Assembly (NCBI GenBank): GCA_026395955.1
Contig: JAPLXR010000007.1
Span: forward strand, 65,957 to 129,956
DNA from: Candidatus Nomurabacteria bacterium
Lineage (GTDB): Bacteria > Patescibacteriota > Minisyncoccia > Phycocordibacterales > UBA9973
Direction of reading: 5' to 3'
Length of the DNA stretch: 64,000 nucleotides
In this document: positions 27,365-35,921 of the stretch, piece after piece
How positions within the stretch are numbered: position 1 is the first letter of the stretch
Layout of the letters: every line of letters starts with the position of its first letter
Position numbers and translations under genes: made by a program
Notes under the pieces: model-generated
The model's database searches: none
Told to the model about the DNA's origin: nothing
What the model saw: the letters and a program-made list of their open reading frames with translations, nothing else

Positions 27365-28780
27365 ATGATAAAAACACGCAGTTTCGCGCGTCCGGCTTCG
27401 GCTCGACCGCATGCTCCTTCTGCTCGCCCTGCGAGAAGTGGAGCAGGTCACTCACATAGTGCACCACGTCACGCTAGTAGCGGGGCAGTTTCTCATCGTC
27501 CAGCAGCTAAACCAGCTTTTGGAACTCCTGTCCGCCACGTTACACATAGTGTTAGTAGCGGAAGACCTCATTCTGCTCCATCTGGAGGCAGAGCTTTTGG
27601 CAGTAACAGACCTAGTTTTAAAGGACGAGGTAATTTCGGACCAAAGAGAGGTGCTGGAGGAAAAAGATTTGGTGGAGAGAGAATAGATTATTCTCGCTTT
27701 ATTAAAAAAGCAGTAAAAGTAGAAGAGAAGCCATATGTTTCAAAACATACTTTTTCTGATTTTCCTTTTGATGCAGTTATTCAGAGAAATATCGCAAAGA
27801 AGGGTTACATTCATCCTCGCCCTATTCAAGACCAATCAATTCCTTCAGTTATTGCAGGTAAAGACGTTTTCGGTATGGCAAATACAGGACAAGGAAAAAC
27901 TGCAGCATTCTTACTTCCACTTATAAATAAAGTAATGAAAAACAAAGAAGAGAAAGTTCTGGTACTTGCTCCTACTCGTGAACTCGCAATGCAAATCGAA
28001 GAAGACCTTCGCTCTATGGCATCTGGTTCAAAACTTTTTGGAGTTTGTGTTGTTGGTGGTATGCCAATCGACAAACAAATTCGTGAAATAAAACACGGAG
28101 TATCTTTCGTTATCGGAACTCCAGGACGTGTAACTGATCTTATAAAAAGAAAAGTTCTCGACCTCGCTCCATACAAATCTATCGTTCTCGATGAAGCTGA
28201 CCGTATGTTAGATATGGGATTCCGCGACGATATGGTTTTCATTTTAGGAAAATGTGCAGAGCAAAGACAAACTCTTTTCTTCTCTGCTACTCTTTCTCCA
28301 GAAATTAAGAAACTTACAGAAAAATTCTTGAAAGATCCTATCTTTATATCTGTTATGACAGGGGAGACTTCAAAAAATATTGATCAAGATGTTGTTAAAT
28401 TTACTTCAAAAGAAGATCGTTTTGATAAGCTTGTAGAAGTTTTGAAAAAAGATGGTTCTGATAAAGTTCTAATCTTCCGCGAAATGAAACATGCTTGTGA
28501 TACTATTACAAAAGAACTTTCTGACGCTGGTTTCAAAGTTGGTTGTATTCACGGCGACAAACGTAGCCGTGATCGTATTCGTACTTTGGATTTATTCAAG
28601 ACTGATAAAATAAATATCCTTGTTGCGACAGACGTCGCAGCCCGTGGACTCGATATTCCAGATGTAACTCACGTTATCAACTATGATATCCCACAAACTT
28701 ACGACACCTACGTTCACCGTATCGGTCGTACAGGCCGTGCAGATAAAAAAGGAACTGCATTAACTTTTGTTCCTCAATAA
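27365..28780 (+). CDS. DEAD-box RNA helicase with long basic disordered N-terminus
   Basis: GQGKT, PTRELA, TPGR, DEAD, SAT, ARGLD, HRIGRTGR. Confidence 0.96.
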   Translation: MIKTRSFARPASARPHAPSARPARSGAGHSHSAPRHASSGAVSHRPAAKPAFGTPVRHVTHSVSSGRPHSAPSGGRAFGSNRPSFKGRGNFGPKRGAGGKRFGGERIDYSRFIKKAVKVEEKPYVSKHTFSDFPFDAVIQRNIAKKGYIHPRPIQDQSIPSVIAGKDVFGMANTGQGKTAAFLLPLINKVMKNKEEKVLVLAPTRELAMQIEEDLRSMASGSKLFGVCVVGGMPIDKQIREIKHGVSFVIGTPGRVTDLIKRKVLDLAPYKSIVLDEADRMLDMGFRDDMVFILGKCAEQRQTLFFSATLSPEIKKLTEKFLKDPIFISVMTGETSKNIDQDVVKFTSKEDRFDKLVEVLKKDGSDKVLIFREMKHACDTITKELSDAGFKVGCIHGDKRSRDRIRTLDLFKTDKINILVATDVAARGLDIPDVTHVINYDIPQTYDTYVHRIGRTGRADKKGTALTFVPQ

Positions 28781-28866
28781 AGAATTTTTAAAAACACCCT
28801 ACTTTACAAAGTAGGGTGTTTTTGTTATAATATATTCAGAAATAATTCTTTAAATATAAATTAATT

Positions 28867-29586
28867 ATGGTAGTAACAACTAAAAAAGTATCCACTGTTG
28901 TGGATGAATTCTATACAGAAATTGAAAACATGATGAAACGTACAAGTGAATTCTGTAAAGATGGTATCGGACATGTAACTGTCGATCAAGCTGTATTATT
29001 TAGTGAGAGATATGGTATATGTACTCATCCGCAGTATTACATACTTATTCTTGATTTGAGTTTTCATCTTGATAGAAAGTACCAACGCACTCATTATATT
29101 CTTAATGCAATTATTAATGATAAGGAGTTTCAAAAAGCGGGGATTTATTGGGCAAATGTATTGCGACATGTTGCGTACCGGTATCAAAAAGATTTAACTG
29201 ATAATTTTTTTGAACTACATCCGGTAATAAAGAAATCTCTAGAAATGCGTTTGACTGAAAGTGAAAACAAAAAAAAGTTATTATTTTTATCTATTGGTTG
29301 GATGTTGTGGATACAGCATGCGATACCTTCTACTAAAAGGATTGGAGGAAGCACTGGTCACAAATATTATAGTTACTGGGATCAAGCAGAATACTTCATT
29401 ACTTTTTTGCCGGTAATAAAGAGACATGTACAAATGTTTAAAGAAGCCTTGTTTGCTGATTTAGCAGAAGACACAATGGATTCTGAAGATTGGGAATATG
29501 CTGCAAAAAAAGCCTTCGCTGATTTGAGTGAATACAATGATTTAATGTTCGAACCACTAATTAAAGATATAAAAAAAAGAAAGTAA
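28867..29586 (+). CDS. Hypothetical protein
   Basis: 239-aa ORF flanked by terminators; no motif recognised. Confidence 0.65.
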   Translation: MVVTTKKVSTVVDEFYTEIENMMKRTSEFCKDGIGHVTVDQAVLFSERYGICTHPQYYILILDLSFHLDRKYQRTHYILNAIINDKEFQKAGIYWANVLRHVAYRYQKDLTDNFFELHPVIKKSLEMRLTESENKKKLLFLSIGWMLWIQHAIPSTKRIGGSTGHKYYSYWDQAEYFITFLPVIKRHVQMFKEALFADLAEDTMDSEDWEYAAKKAFADLSEYNDLMFEPLIKDIKKRK

Positions 29587-29642
29587 TAAAAGCCCCAAAT
29601 GGGGCTTTTTTGTTTTATAAAAATATAGGGTATACTTTAGTC

Positions 29643-30815
29643 ATGAAAGATAAACAAATTGAGAAACTTATAAAATTAGAAGGTAAAAGACAAAAAAGTG
29701 TTATTAATTTAATCGCCTCAGAAAATTATGTTTCCAAAGATGTTTTGGAGGCTCTCGGTTCTGTACTTACAAATAAATATGCCGAAGGGTATCCAGGACG
29801 AAGATACTATGGAGGAAATGAAATTATAGATAAAGTAGAAACTCTCGCTATTACTCGCGCACTCAAACTTTTCAAATTAAAATCAGACGCATGGCATGTG
29901 AATGTTCAGCTTCTTTCTGGAAGTCCTGCGAACTTCGCATTGTACTCTGCTCTCGTACCGATCGGTGGAAAAATAATGGGAATGAAATTAACTTCTGGTG
30001 GACATCTCACACACGGACATCCACTTTCTATGACAGGTAAACTTTGGAAACCAATTCAATTCGAACTCGATCCAAAAACAGAAGTCATCGATTATGATGC
30101 AATTAAAAAATTAGCAATACAAGAAAAGCCAGATATTATCGTCGCTGGTTTTACCGCATATCCACGCGTTGTTGATTTTAAAAAGTTTCGAAATATTGCT
30201 GATAAATGCGGAGCATTATTACATATCGACATGTCACATTTTGCAGGACTCGTAGCAGGGGGAGCGTACCCATCTCCATTTCCATATGCAGACAGTGTTA
30301 TGACTACTACTCACAAATCTCTCCGTGGTCCGAGACAAGCAATTCTTTTTGTAAAAAAAGATGAACGTAGTTTTGATAAAAAATTAGACAAGATGGTAAT
30401 ACCTGGACTCTTTGGTGGTCCACATGAAAATAATATTGCCGGAGTTGCGATCGCACTAAAAGAAGCCGACACTCCAGCTTTTAAAAAATACGCAAAACAA
30501 GTTGTAAAAAATGCACAAACACTAGCAAAAGAATTACAACGCCTAGGATGGAAAATAGTTTCTGGTGGTACTGATTCACACTTGATATTGATGGATACTT
30601 TTTCTTCAAATGGTGTGACAGGTAGTGATGCTAGTAAAAAGCTTGAAAAAGCAGGGATAATAGTAAATATGAATACTGTACCAGGAGACACACGTTCTGT
30701 TATGGATCCTTCTGGTATTCGACTCGGCACTTGTGCAGAAACGACGATTGGGAAAAAGGAAAAAGATATGATTAAAATAGCACAGAAGATGAATAAAGTT
30801 TTGAGAGGGAAATAA
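29643..30815 (+). CDS. glyA: Serine hydroxymethyltransferase
   Basis: LIASENY, NKYAEGYPG.RYY, GGHLTHG, TTTHKSLRGPR. Confidence 0.97.
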   Translation: MKDKQIEKLIKLEGKRQKSVINLIASENYVSKDVLEALGSVLTNKYAEGYPGRRYYGGNEIIDKVETLAITRALKLFKLKSDAWHVNVQLLSGSPANFALYSALVPIGGKIMGMKLTSGGHLTHGHPLSMTGKLWKPIQFELDPKTEVIDYDAIKKLAIQEKPDIIVAGFTAYPRVVDFKKFRNIADKCGALLHIDMSHFAGLVAGGAYPSPFPYADSVMTTTHKSLRGPRQAILFVKKDERSFDKKLDKMVIPGLFGGPHENNIAGVAIALKEADTPAFKKYAKQVVKNAQTLAKELQRLGWKIVSGGTDSHLILMDTFSSNGVTGSDASKKLEKAGIIVNMNTVPGDTRSVMDPSGIRLGTCAETTIGKKEKDMIKIAQKMNKVLRGK

Positions 30816-30818
30816 TTT

Positions 30819-31688
30819 ATGAAAATTCCAACAAAAAAATTAAATACTGGATTTGAAATGCCTGTATATGGGCTTGGTACTTGGCAAATGGGTGGAAGAG
30901 AAAATCATGATCTTGCAAATGATGATGACAAAGATATTCAAGGGATCAAAGATTCTATTGCTAATGGTATAACCCATATAGATACAGCAGAAAAGTATGC
31001 AGATGGATATACAGAAATTATAGTTGGTAAAGCAATAAAAGAATTTGATCGTTCTAAGATATTTTTAGTTTCAAAAGTAAGAAAAGAAAATTTAAAATAT
31101 AATGATGTTATTAACGCTTGCAAGAAAAGTTTAGAAAGATTGCAAACTGATTATTTGGATCTTTATTTAATTCATTTTCGTAACCTTGGAATTTCTTTAA
31201 AAGAAACAATGCATGCTATGGATTCTTTAAAAGAAAGTGGTTTGATAAAAAATATTGGGGTTTGTAATTTTACCAAAGAAAGTTTAGCTGAAGCACAAAG
31301 TTATACAAAAAATAAAATTGTTTGTAATCAGGTTCATTACAATTTAATATTTCGAGAACCTGAAAGGAAAGGGCTTGTTGAATATTGTCAAAATAATGAT
31401 GTATTTCTAAGTGCTTGGCGACCAATTCAGAAAGGAGACTTATTAGAAAATATTCCCCCGATTCTTTCTGATATGTGTGATAAGTATAAGAAAACTCCAG
31501 CACAGATTGCTATTAATTGGCTTATTTCTCAACCCTATGTAATCACAATATCAAAGACTAATAATCATGAACACCTTGAAGATAATTTAGGTACATTAGG
31601 TTGGGAAATGCAAAAAGAAGATATAGAAAAACTGAGAAATGAATTTCCAAATCAAAAAGATATTTCAGATGCTGTTCCATTGGGGTAA
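30819..31688 (+). CDS. Aldo/keto reductase
   Basis: GLGTW, DTAEKY, DYLDLYLIH, IGVCNF, AQIA..W. Confidence 0.93.
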   Translation: MKIPTKKLNTGFEMPVYGLGTWQMGGRENHDLANDDDKDIQGIKDSIANGITHIDTAEKYADGYTEIIVGKAIKEFDRSKIFLVSKVRKENLKYNDVINACKKSLERLQTDYLDLYLIHFRNLGISLKETMHAMDSLKESGLIKNIGVCNFTKESLAEAQSYTKNKIVCNQVHYNLIFREPERKGLVEYCQNNDVFLSAWRPIQKGDLLENIPPILSDMCDKYKKTPAQIAINWLISQPYVITISKTNNHEHLEDNLGTLGWEMQKEDIEKLRNEFPNQKDISDAVPLG

Positions 31689-31697
31689 AAATATTTT

Positions 31698-32108
31698 ATG
31701 ACTAAAGATAGGAAAGAACAAAAAACTCATCTCGCTATCTGTACTGAACCATTTTTGTCACTGATGTTGAATGGTAAGAAAAAGGTTGAATCAAGATTTT
31801 CAAAAAATAAAATAGCACCGTATGAAAAAGTTTCAAAAGGCGATTCAGTTTTACTGAAACGTTCAGGTGGTGGAATAGAAGGTTTTTTCGTTGTACAGAA
31901 AGTTTTATTTACTGAAATTAAAAATAAAAAAGATTTAGATAGATTGAAAAAGGAGTACTCTAAGCTTATTTGCTCAGATATAGATTCAAAATTTTGGCAA
32001 AAGAGAATTATCGCAAAATATGCTACATTTATATGGATAGGGAAAGTTTCTATTAAAAAACAAATTATAAAAACAACAGGACGTAGTGGTTGGAGAATTT
32101 TAAAATAA
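31698..32108 (+). CDS. ASCH domain protein
   Basis: P....L.G.KK.ESR and GD.V motifs. Confidence 0.8.
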   Translation: MTKDRKEQKTHLAICTEPFLSLMLNGKKKVESRFSKNKIAPYEKVSKGDSVLLKRSGGGIEGFFVVQKVLFTEIKNKKDLDRLKKEYSKLICSDIDSKFWQKRIIAKYATFIWIGKVSIKKQIIKTTGRSGWRILK

Positions 32109-32112
32109 ATTT

Positions 32113-32523
32113 ATGAAGATATTTATCTGCACAAGTAAACATTTATATAGTCAGATTCCTCCTATAAAAGAATCTCTTAAAAAAAGTGGTCACATCATAA
32201 CTCTACCAAATAGTTATGATAACCCTTTGAAAGAGCAAGAAATGAAAAATGTAGGAATTGCAGAACATTCAAAATGGAAAGGAGAGATGCTTCGACTTCA
32301 AAAAGAAAAAGTTAATATGAATGATGCAATTTTAGTTTTAAATTTTGAAAAGAATGGACAGGCGAATTATATTGGAGGAGCTACATTTTTAGAAATTTAC
32401 ATGGCTTTTGAATTAGGTAAAAAGATATTTTTGTATAATCCAATTCCAGAAAGCTTTTTAAAAGATGAATTATTAGGAATGAATCCTCTTATTATTAATG
32501 GTGATTTAGGATTGATTGTTTGA
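32113..32523 (+). CDS. Nucleoside 2-deoxyribosyltransferase-like protein
   Basis: KIFIC.S, DAILVLN, YIG..TFLEI..A...GK.I. Confidence 0.7.
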   Translation: MKIFICTSKHLYSQIPPIKESLKKSGHIITLPNSYDNPLKEQEMKNVGIAEHSKWKGEMLRLQKEKVNMNDAILVLNFEKNGQANYIGGATFLEIYMAFELGKKIFLYNPIPESFLKDELLGMNPLIINGDLGLIV

Positions 32524-32569
32524 TGTTATTATGGTATTTTAATAAAAACAATCTTTAAAATAAATAGTT

Positions 32570-33574
32570 ATGAAAAAAGGAATATTAGTTACAATAATGG
32601 GTATTAATAATGTGGGTAAGACGACTCAAATGAATCTTCTTGAAAAGATGTTTATTGAAAAAGGTTTGAAATTTCAACCTTTAAAATACCCAATCTATAA
32701 ACTAGAACCAACCGGTCCAAGAATTTTTGCTTGTTTAAAAGAAGGAAATCCTGAAGGATTAACTCCAATAGTTTTACAAACTTTATGTGCTGAAAATAGA
32801 AAAGATTTTGAACAACAAATGCAGGAACTACTGTTAGAAAATGATGTTGTTGTCGCTGAAATGTATACTGGTACAGGTATTGCTTACGGTATGTGTGAAG
32901 GTGTGTCAAAAGAATATCTGCTTGAAGCAAATGAAGGAATTTTAGTGCCAGATGTTTCGATTTTACTTGATGGTAAACGTTTTTTAGAAAGTGTAGAAGC
33001 AGGACATCGTTTTGAAAATGATGATGTAAAGTCAGAATTTGCTCGTCAGGTACACTTAGAACTTGCGAAAGATTTGAATTGGAAAGTTATAGATGCAAAC
33101 CAAACTATTGAAGAAGTTCACCAGCAAATATGGAATGAGATTTCTAAACACTTATTTCCTCATCCCAAAATATATTTTGCAGGATCAATACGCGGTGGAA
33201 GAGATGATAAAGATATTTATGCTGAAATTATTTCTTTACTAAAAAAATACGGTCCAGTACTAAGTGAACATATTGGTGATAAAAATCTTTCAAGTCAGGG
33301 TCAAACGTCAATGACGAATAAAGAGATTTATCAAAAAGATGTTAATTGGATTAATGAATCTGATATTATCATTGCTGAAGTTACTAATCCATCACTTGGT
33401 GTTGGATATGAATTAGGACTTGCTGAATCTCTTAAAAAGAAAATTATTGCCTTATACAGAGTAGTAGACGGTAAAAGACTTTCTGCAATGGTGGCAGGAA
33501 ACAGTAATATTACTTGCATAGAATACACCGAAGTTTCTGAATTAGATAAAATATTTGAAGAAATGTTTAAATAA
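32570..33574 (+). CDS. tmk: Thymidylate kinase fused to DNPH1/Rcl-like deoxynucleotide N-hydrolase
   Basis: GINNVGKTT P-loop, PD...LLD; C-terminal KIYFAGSIRGGR, EVTNPSLGVGYELG, LSAM. Confidence 0.85.
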   Translation: MKKGILVTIMGINNVGKTTQMNLLEKMFIEKGLKFQPLKYPIYKLEPTGPRIFACLKEGNPEGLTPIVLQTLCAENRKDFEQQMQELLLENDVVVAEMYTGTGIAYGMCEGVSKEYLLEANEGILVPDVSILLDGKRFLESVEAGHRFENDDVKSEFARQVHLELAKDLNWKVIDANQTIEEVHQQIWNEISKHLFPHPKIYFAGSIRGGRDDKDIYAEIISLLKKYGPVLSEHIGDKNLSSQGQTSMTNKEIYQKDVNWINESDIIIAEVTNPSLGVGYELGLAESLKKKIIALYRVVDGKRLSAMVAGNSNITCIEYTEVSELDKIFEEMFK

Positions 33575-33647
33575 TTTTTTGTTACGTAACAAAAAACCCG
33601 AGCTATCTCGGGTTTTTATTTTTCCTATAATTATGTACAATGAAAAC

Positions 33648-34070
33648 ATGCAGTTTAAGATTAAAAAATTGAAAGAAGGTGCGAAATTACCTAGTTATGC
33701 AAACCCGGGGGATGTTGGTATGGATTTGTATTCTATGGAAAATGTTACTTTGGCTCCTATGGAACATGCTATTTTAAATCATGGTTTTGCTTTAGAATTC
33801 CCTGAAGGATACGGAGGTTTTGTTATGGACAAGGGAAGTATTTCAAAAGCAGGGCTCAAAGTCATGGGTGGGGTATATGATGCAGGATATAGAGGCGAAT
33901 ACAATACACATCTGGTTAATTTGTCTGATAAATCATATACTATCGAAGTAGAAGATAAAGTTTCTCAACTAGTTATCACTCCTGTCGTGATAGGCGAGAT
34001 AGAGGAGGTGAATGAACTTTCAGAGTCTGTTCGCGGAGAGGGTAGATATGGTTCAACTGGTAGAAAATAA
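33648..34070 (+). CDS. dut: dUTP diphosphatase
   Basis: GMDL, GVYDAGYRGE, RGEGRYGSTG. Confidence 0.95.
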   Translation: MQFKIKKLKEGAKLPSYANPGDVGMDLYSMENVTLAPMEHAILNHGFALEFPEGYGGFVMDKGSISKAGLKVMGGVYDAGYRGEYNTHLVNLSDKSYTIEVEDKVSQLVITPVVIGEIEEVNELSESVRGEGRYGSTGRK

Positions 34071-34073
34071 GAT

Positions 34074-34112
34074 CTCACCCCCAACCCCTCTCCTTATAAA
34101 GGAGAGGGGCGC
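34074..34112. repeat. REP-like hairpin (ctcccc/ggggag family)
   Basis: cccctctcctt-ata-aaggagagggg. Confidence 0.65.
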
Positions 34113-34133
34113 CGGGATGGAATACACAATATA

Positions 34134-35839
34134 ATGAAACAAAAAATAATAAATTTAATAAAAGATGCTTTGAATAAACTCGAAATAGGTGAGGTGAATT
34201 TTGTCGTGGAACATCCAGAAGATTTCAAGAATGGAGACTATTCTACGAACGTAGCGATGGTTTGTGCGAAGCAATTGAAAATGAATCCACGTGAACTTGC
34301 AGAAAAAATTTCTGCAGAAATTATGAAGCACCCCCTCCGGCTTTCAGTCACCTCCCCCTTAGCTAAGGGGGAGGGCTGGGGTGGGGGTGTTGAAAAAATA
34401 GAAGTCGCCGGCGCAGGGTTTATAAATTTCTATATTTCAAAAGAATATTTTCAAAAAGAATTAGCAAATATAATAACTTTAGCTGATAAATACGGATCCT
34501 CAGATTTAAATAAAGGAAAGAAAATTTTAGTTGAACATTCTAGTCCGAATTTATTTAAGCCATTTCACGTCGGGCATATGATGAATAATGCTATCGGTGA
34601 ATCTATTACTCGACTCGCACATTTTTCTGGTGCGGAAGTAAAAGCTATTTCTTTCCCGTCTGATATTTCTCTCGGAGTAGCTAAAGCAATTTTTATAATT
34701 TTAGAAAAACAAATTGATGGTCAAGTTTTTAAACCAGTAGACATCGTTGTATTAGGTGATGCTTATGTAGAAGGAACGAAGAGATACGATGACGATGAAT
34801 CTAAAAAGACTCTCCAGAATTCAGCGCTTTTGTCGCTTGTAAAGAATTCAATATGGAATATTTTAAAAATATTACAAAACGTCTCGGTTCAGAATTTGAT
34901 GGATATATTTACGAGAGTGAGGCTGGTATCATAGGTAAAAAAATGGTTTTAGAAAATACTCCTGCTATTTTTACCGAGAGTGAAGGCGCCGTCGTTTATA
35001 TTCCAGAAGAAACAAAAAAATACATAAATACTGCAGTGTTTATAAATAGCCAAGGCAACCCAACCTATGAAGCTAAAGATTTAGGTTTACTCGATTTGAA
35101 ATTTGAAAAATATAATCCTGACCTTTCTATTTTTATTACAGACCATCAACAGATCTCTCATTTCGCTGTCGTTCTCGATGCCGTAGAAAAAATAAATAAA
35201 AGCTGGGTAGAGAGAAGTATTCACCGAACACATGGACGTATGACATTCAAGGGACAAAAGATGTCTTCACGTCTCGGGGGAGTTCCACTCGTTGCTGATA
35301 TTTTAGAGACAGTCCTTGCTGAAGTTTTTGAACGCACAAAAAATAGAGATACTGTCGATACACGTGAGAATCCAGAAGCTATCGCCGTCGGCGCTCTCAA
35401 GTTCGCTATCCTCCGTGCTCAAGCAGGAAAAAATATCGACTTTGATCCAGAGACTTCACTTTCTTTCGAAGGGGATTCAGGTCCATATTTACAATACACT
35501 GGTGTCCGTGCAAATTCTGTTTTGGAAAAAGCTGGAAAAATTTCTGCAGAAATTTTTCCAGCAACAACTTTCTCAGACACACCAACCACTGATGTAGAAA
35601 AAATACTTGCTCGTTTCCCAGAAGTCGTTGAAAATTCTATCAATAACTGGGCTCCACATTATGTAACGACATATCTATGTGAATTGGCTCAATCATTCAA
35701 TAGCTGGTATGCACATACTCAAATTATCGATGAAGCTAATCCAAATATGAATTACAATTTAGCTATCACTAAATCAGTTGCCCAAGTAATGCAAAACGGC
35801 TTGTACCTCCTCGGTATTACTCTCCCAGAACGTATGTAA
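34134..35839 (+). CDS. argS: Arginine--tRNA ligase, split by a frameshift near 34803
   Basis: GDYSTN, GFINF, SPN..KPFHVGH in ORF 34134-34934; YESE, KMSSR, GPYLQY, PERM in ORF 34853-35839. Confidence 0.9.
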
Positions 35840-35921
35840 AACTTGCTAGGCAAGACCTAGCAAGTAAATAGTTTTCCACAGAACATCTTGAAAAAATAGG
35901 GTAGTGTTTTATAATTTATAT

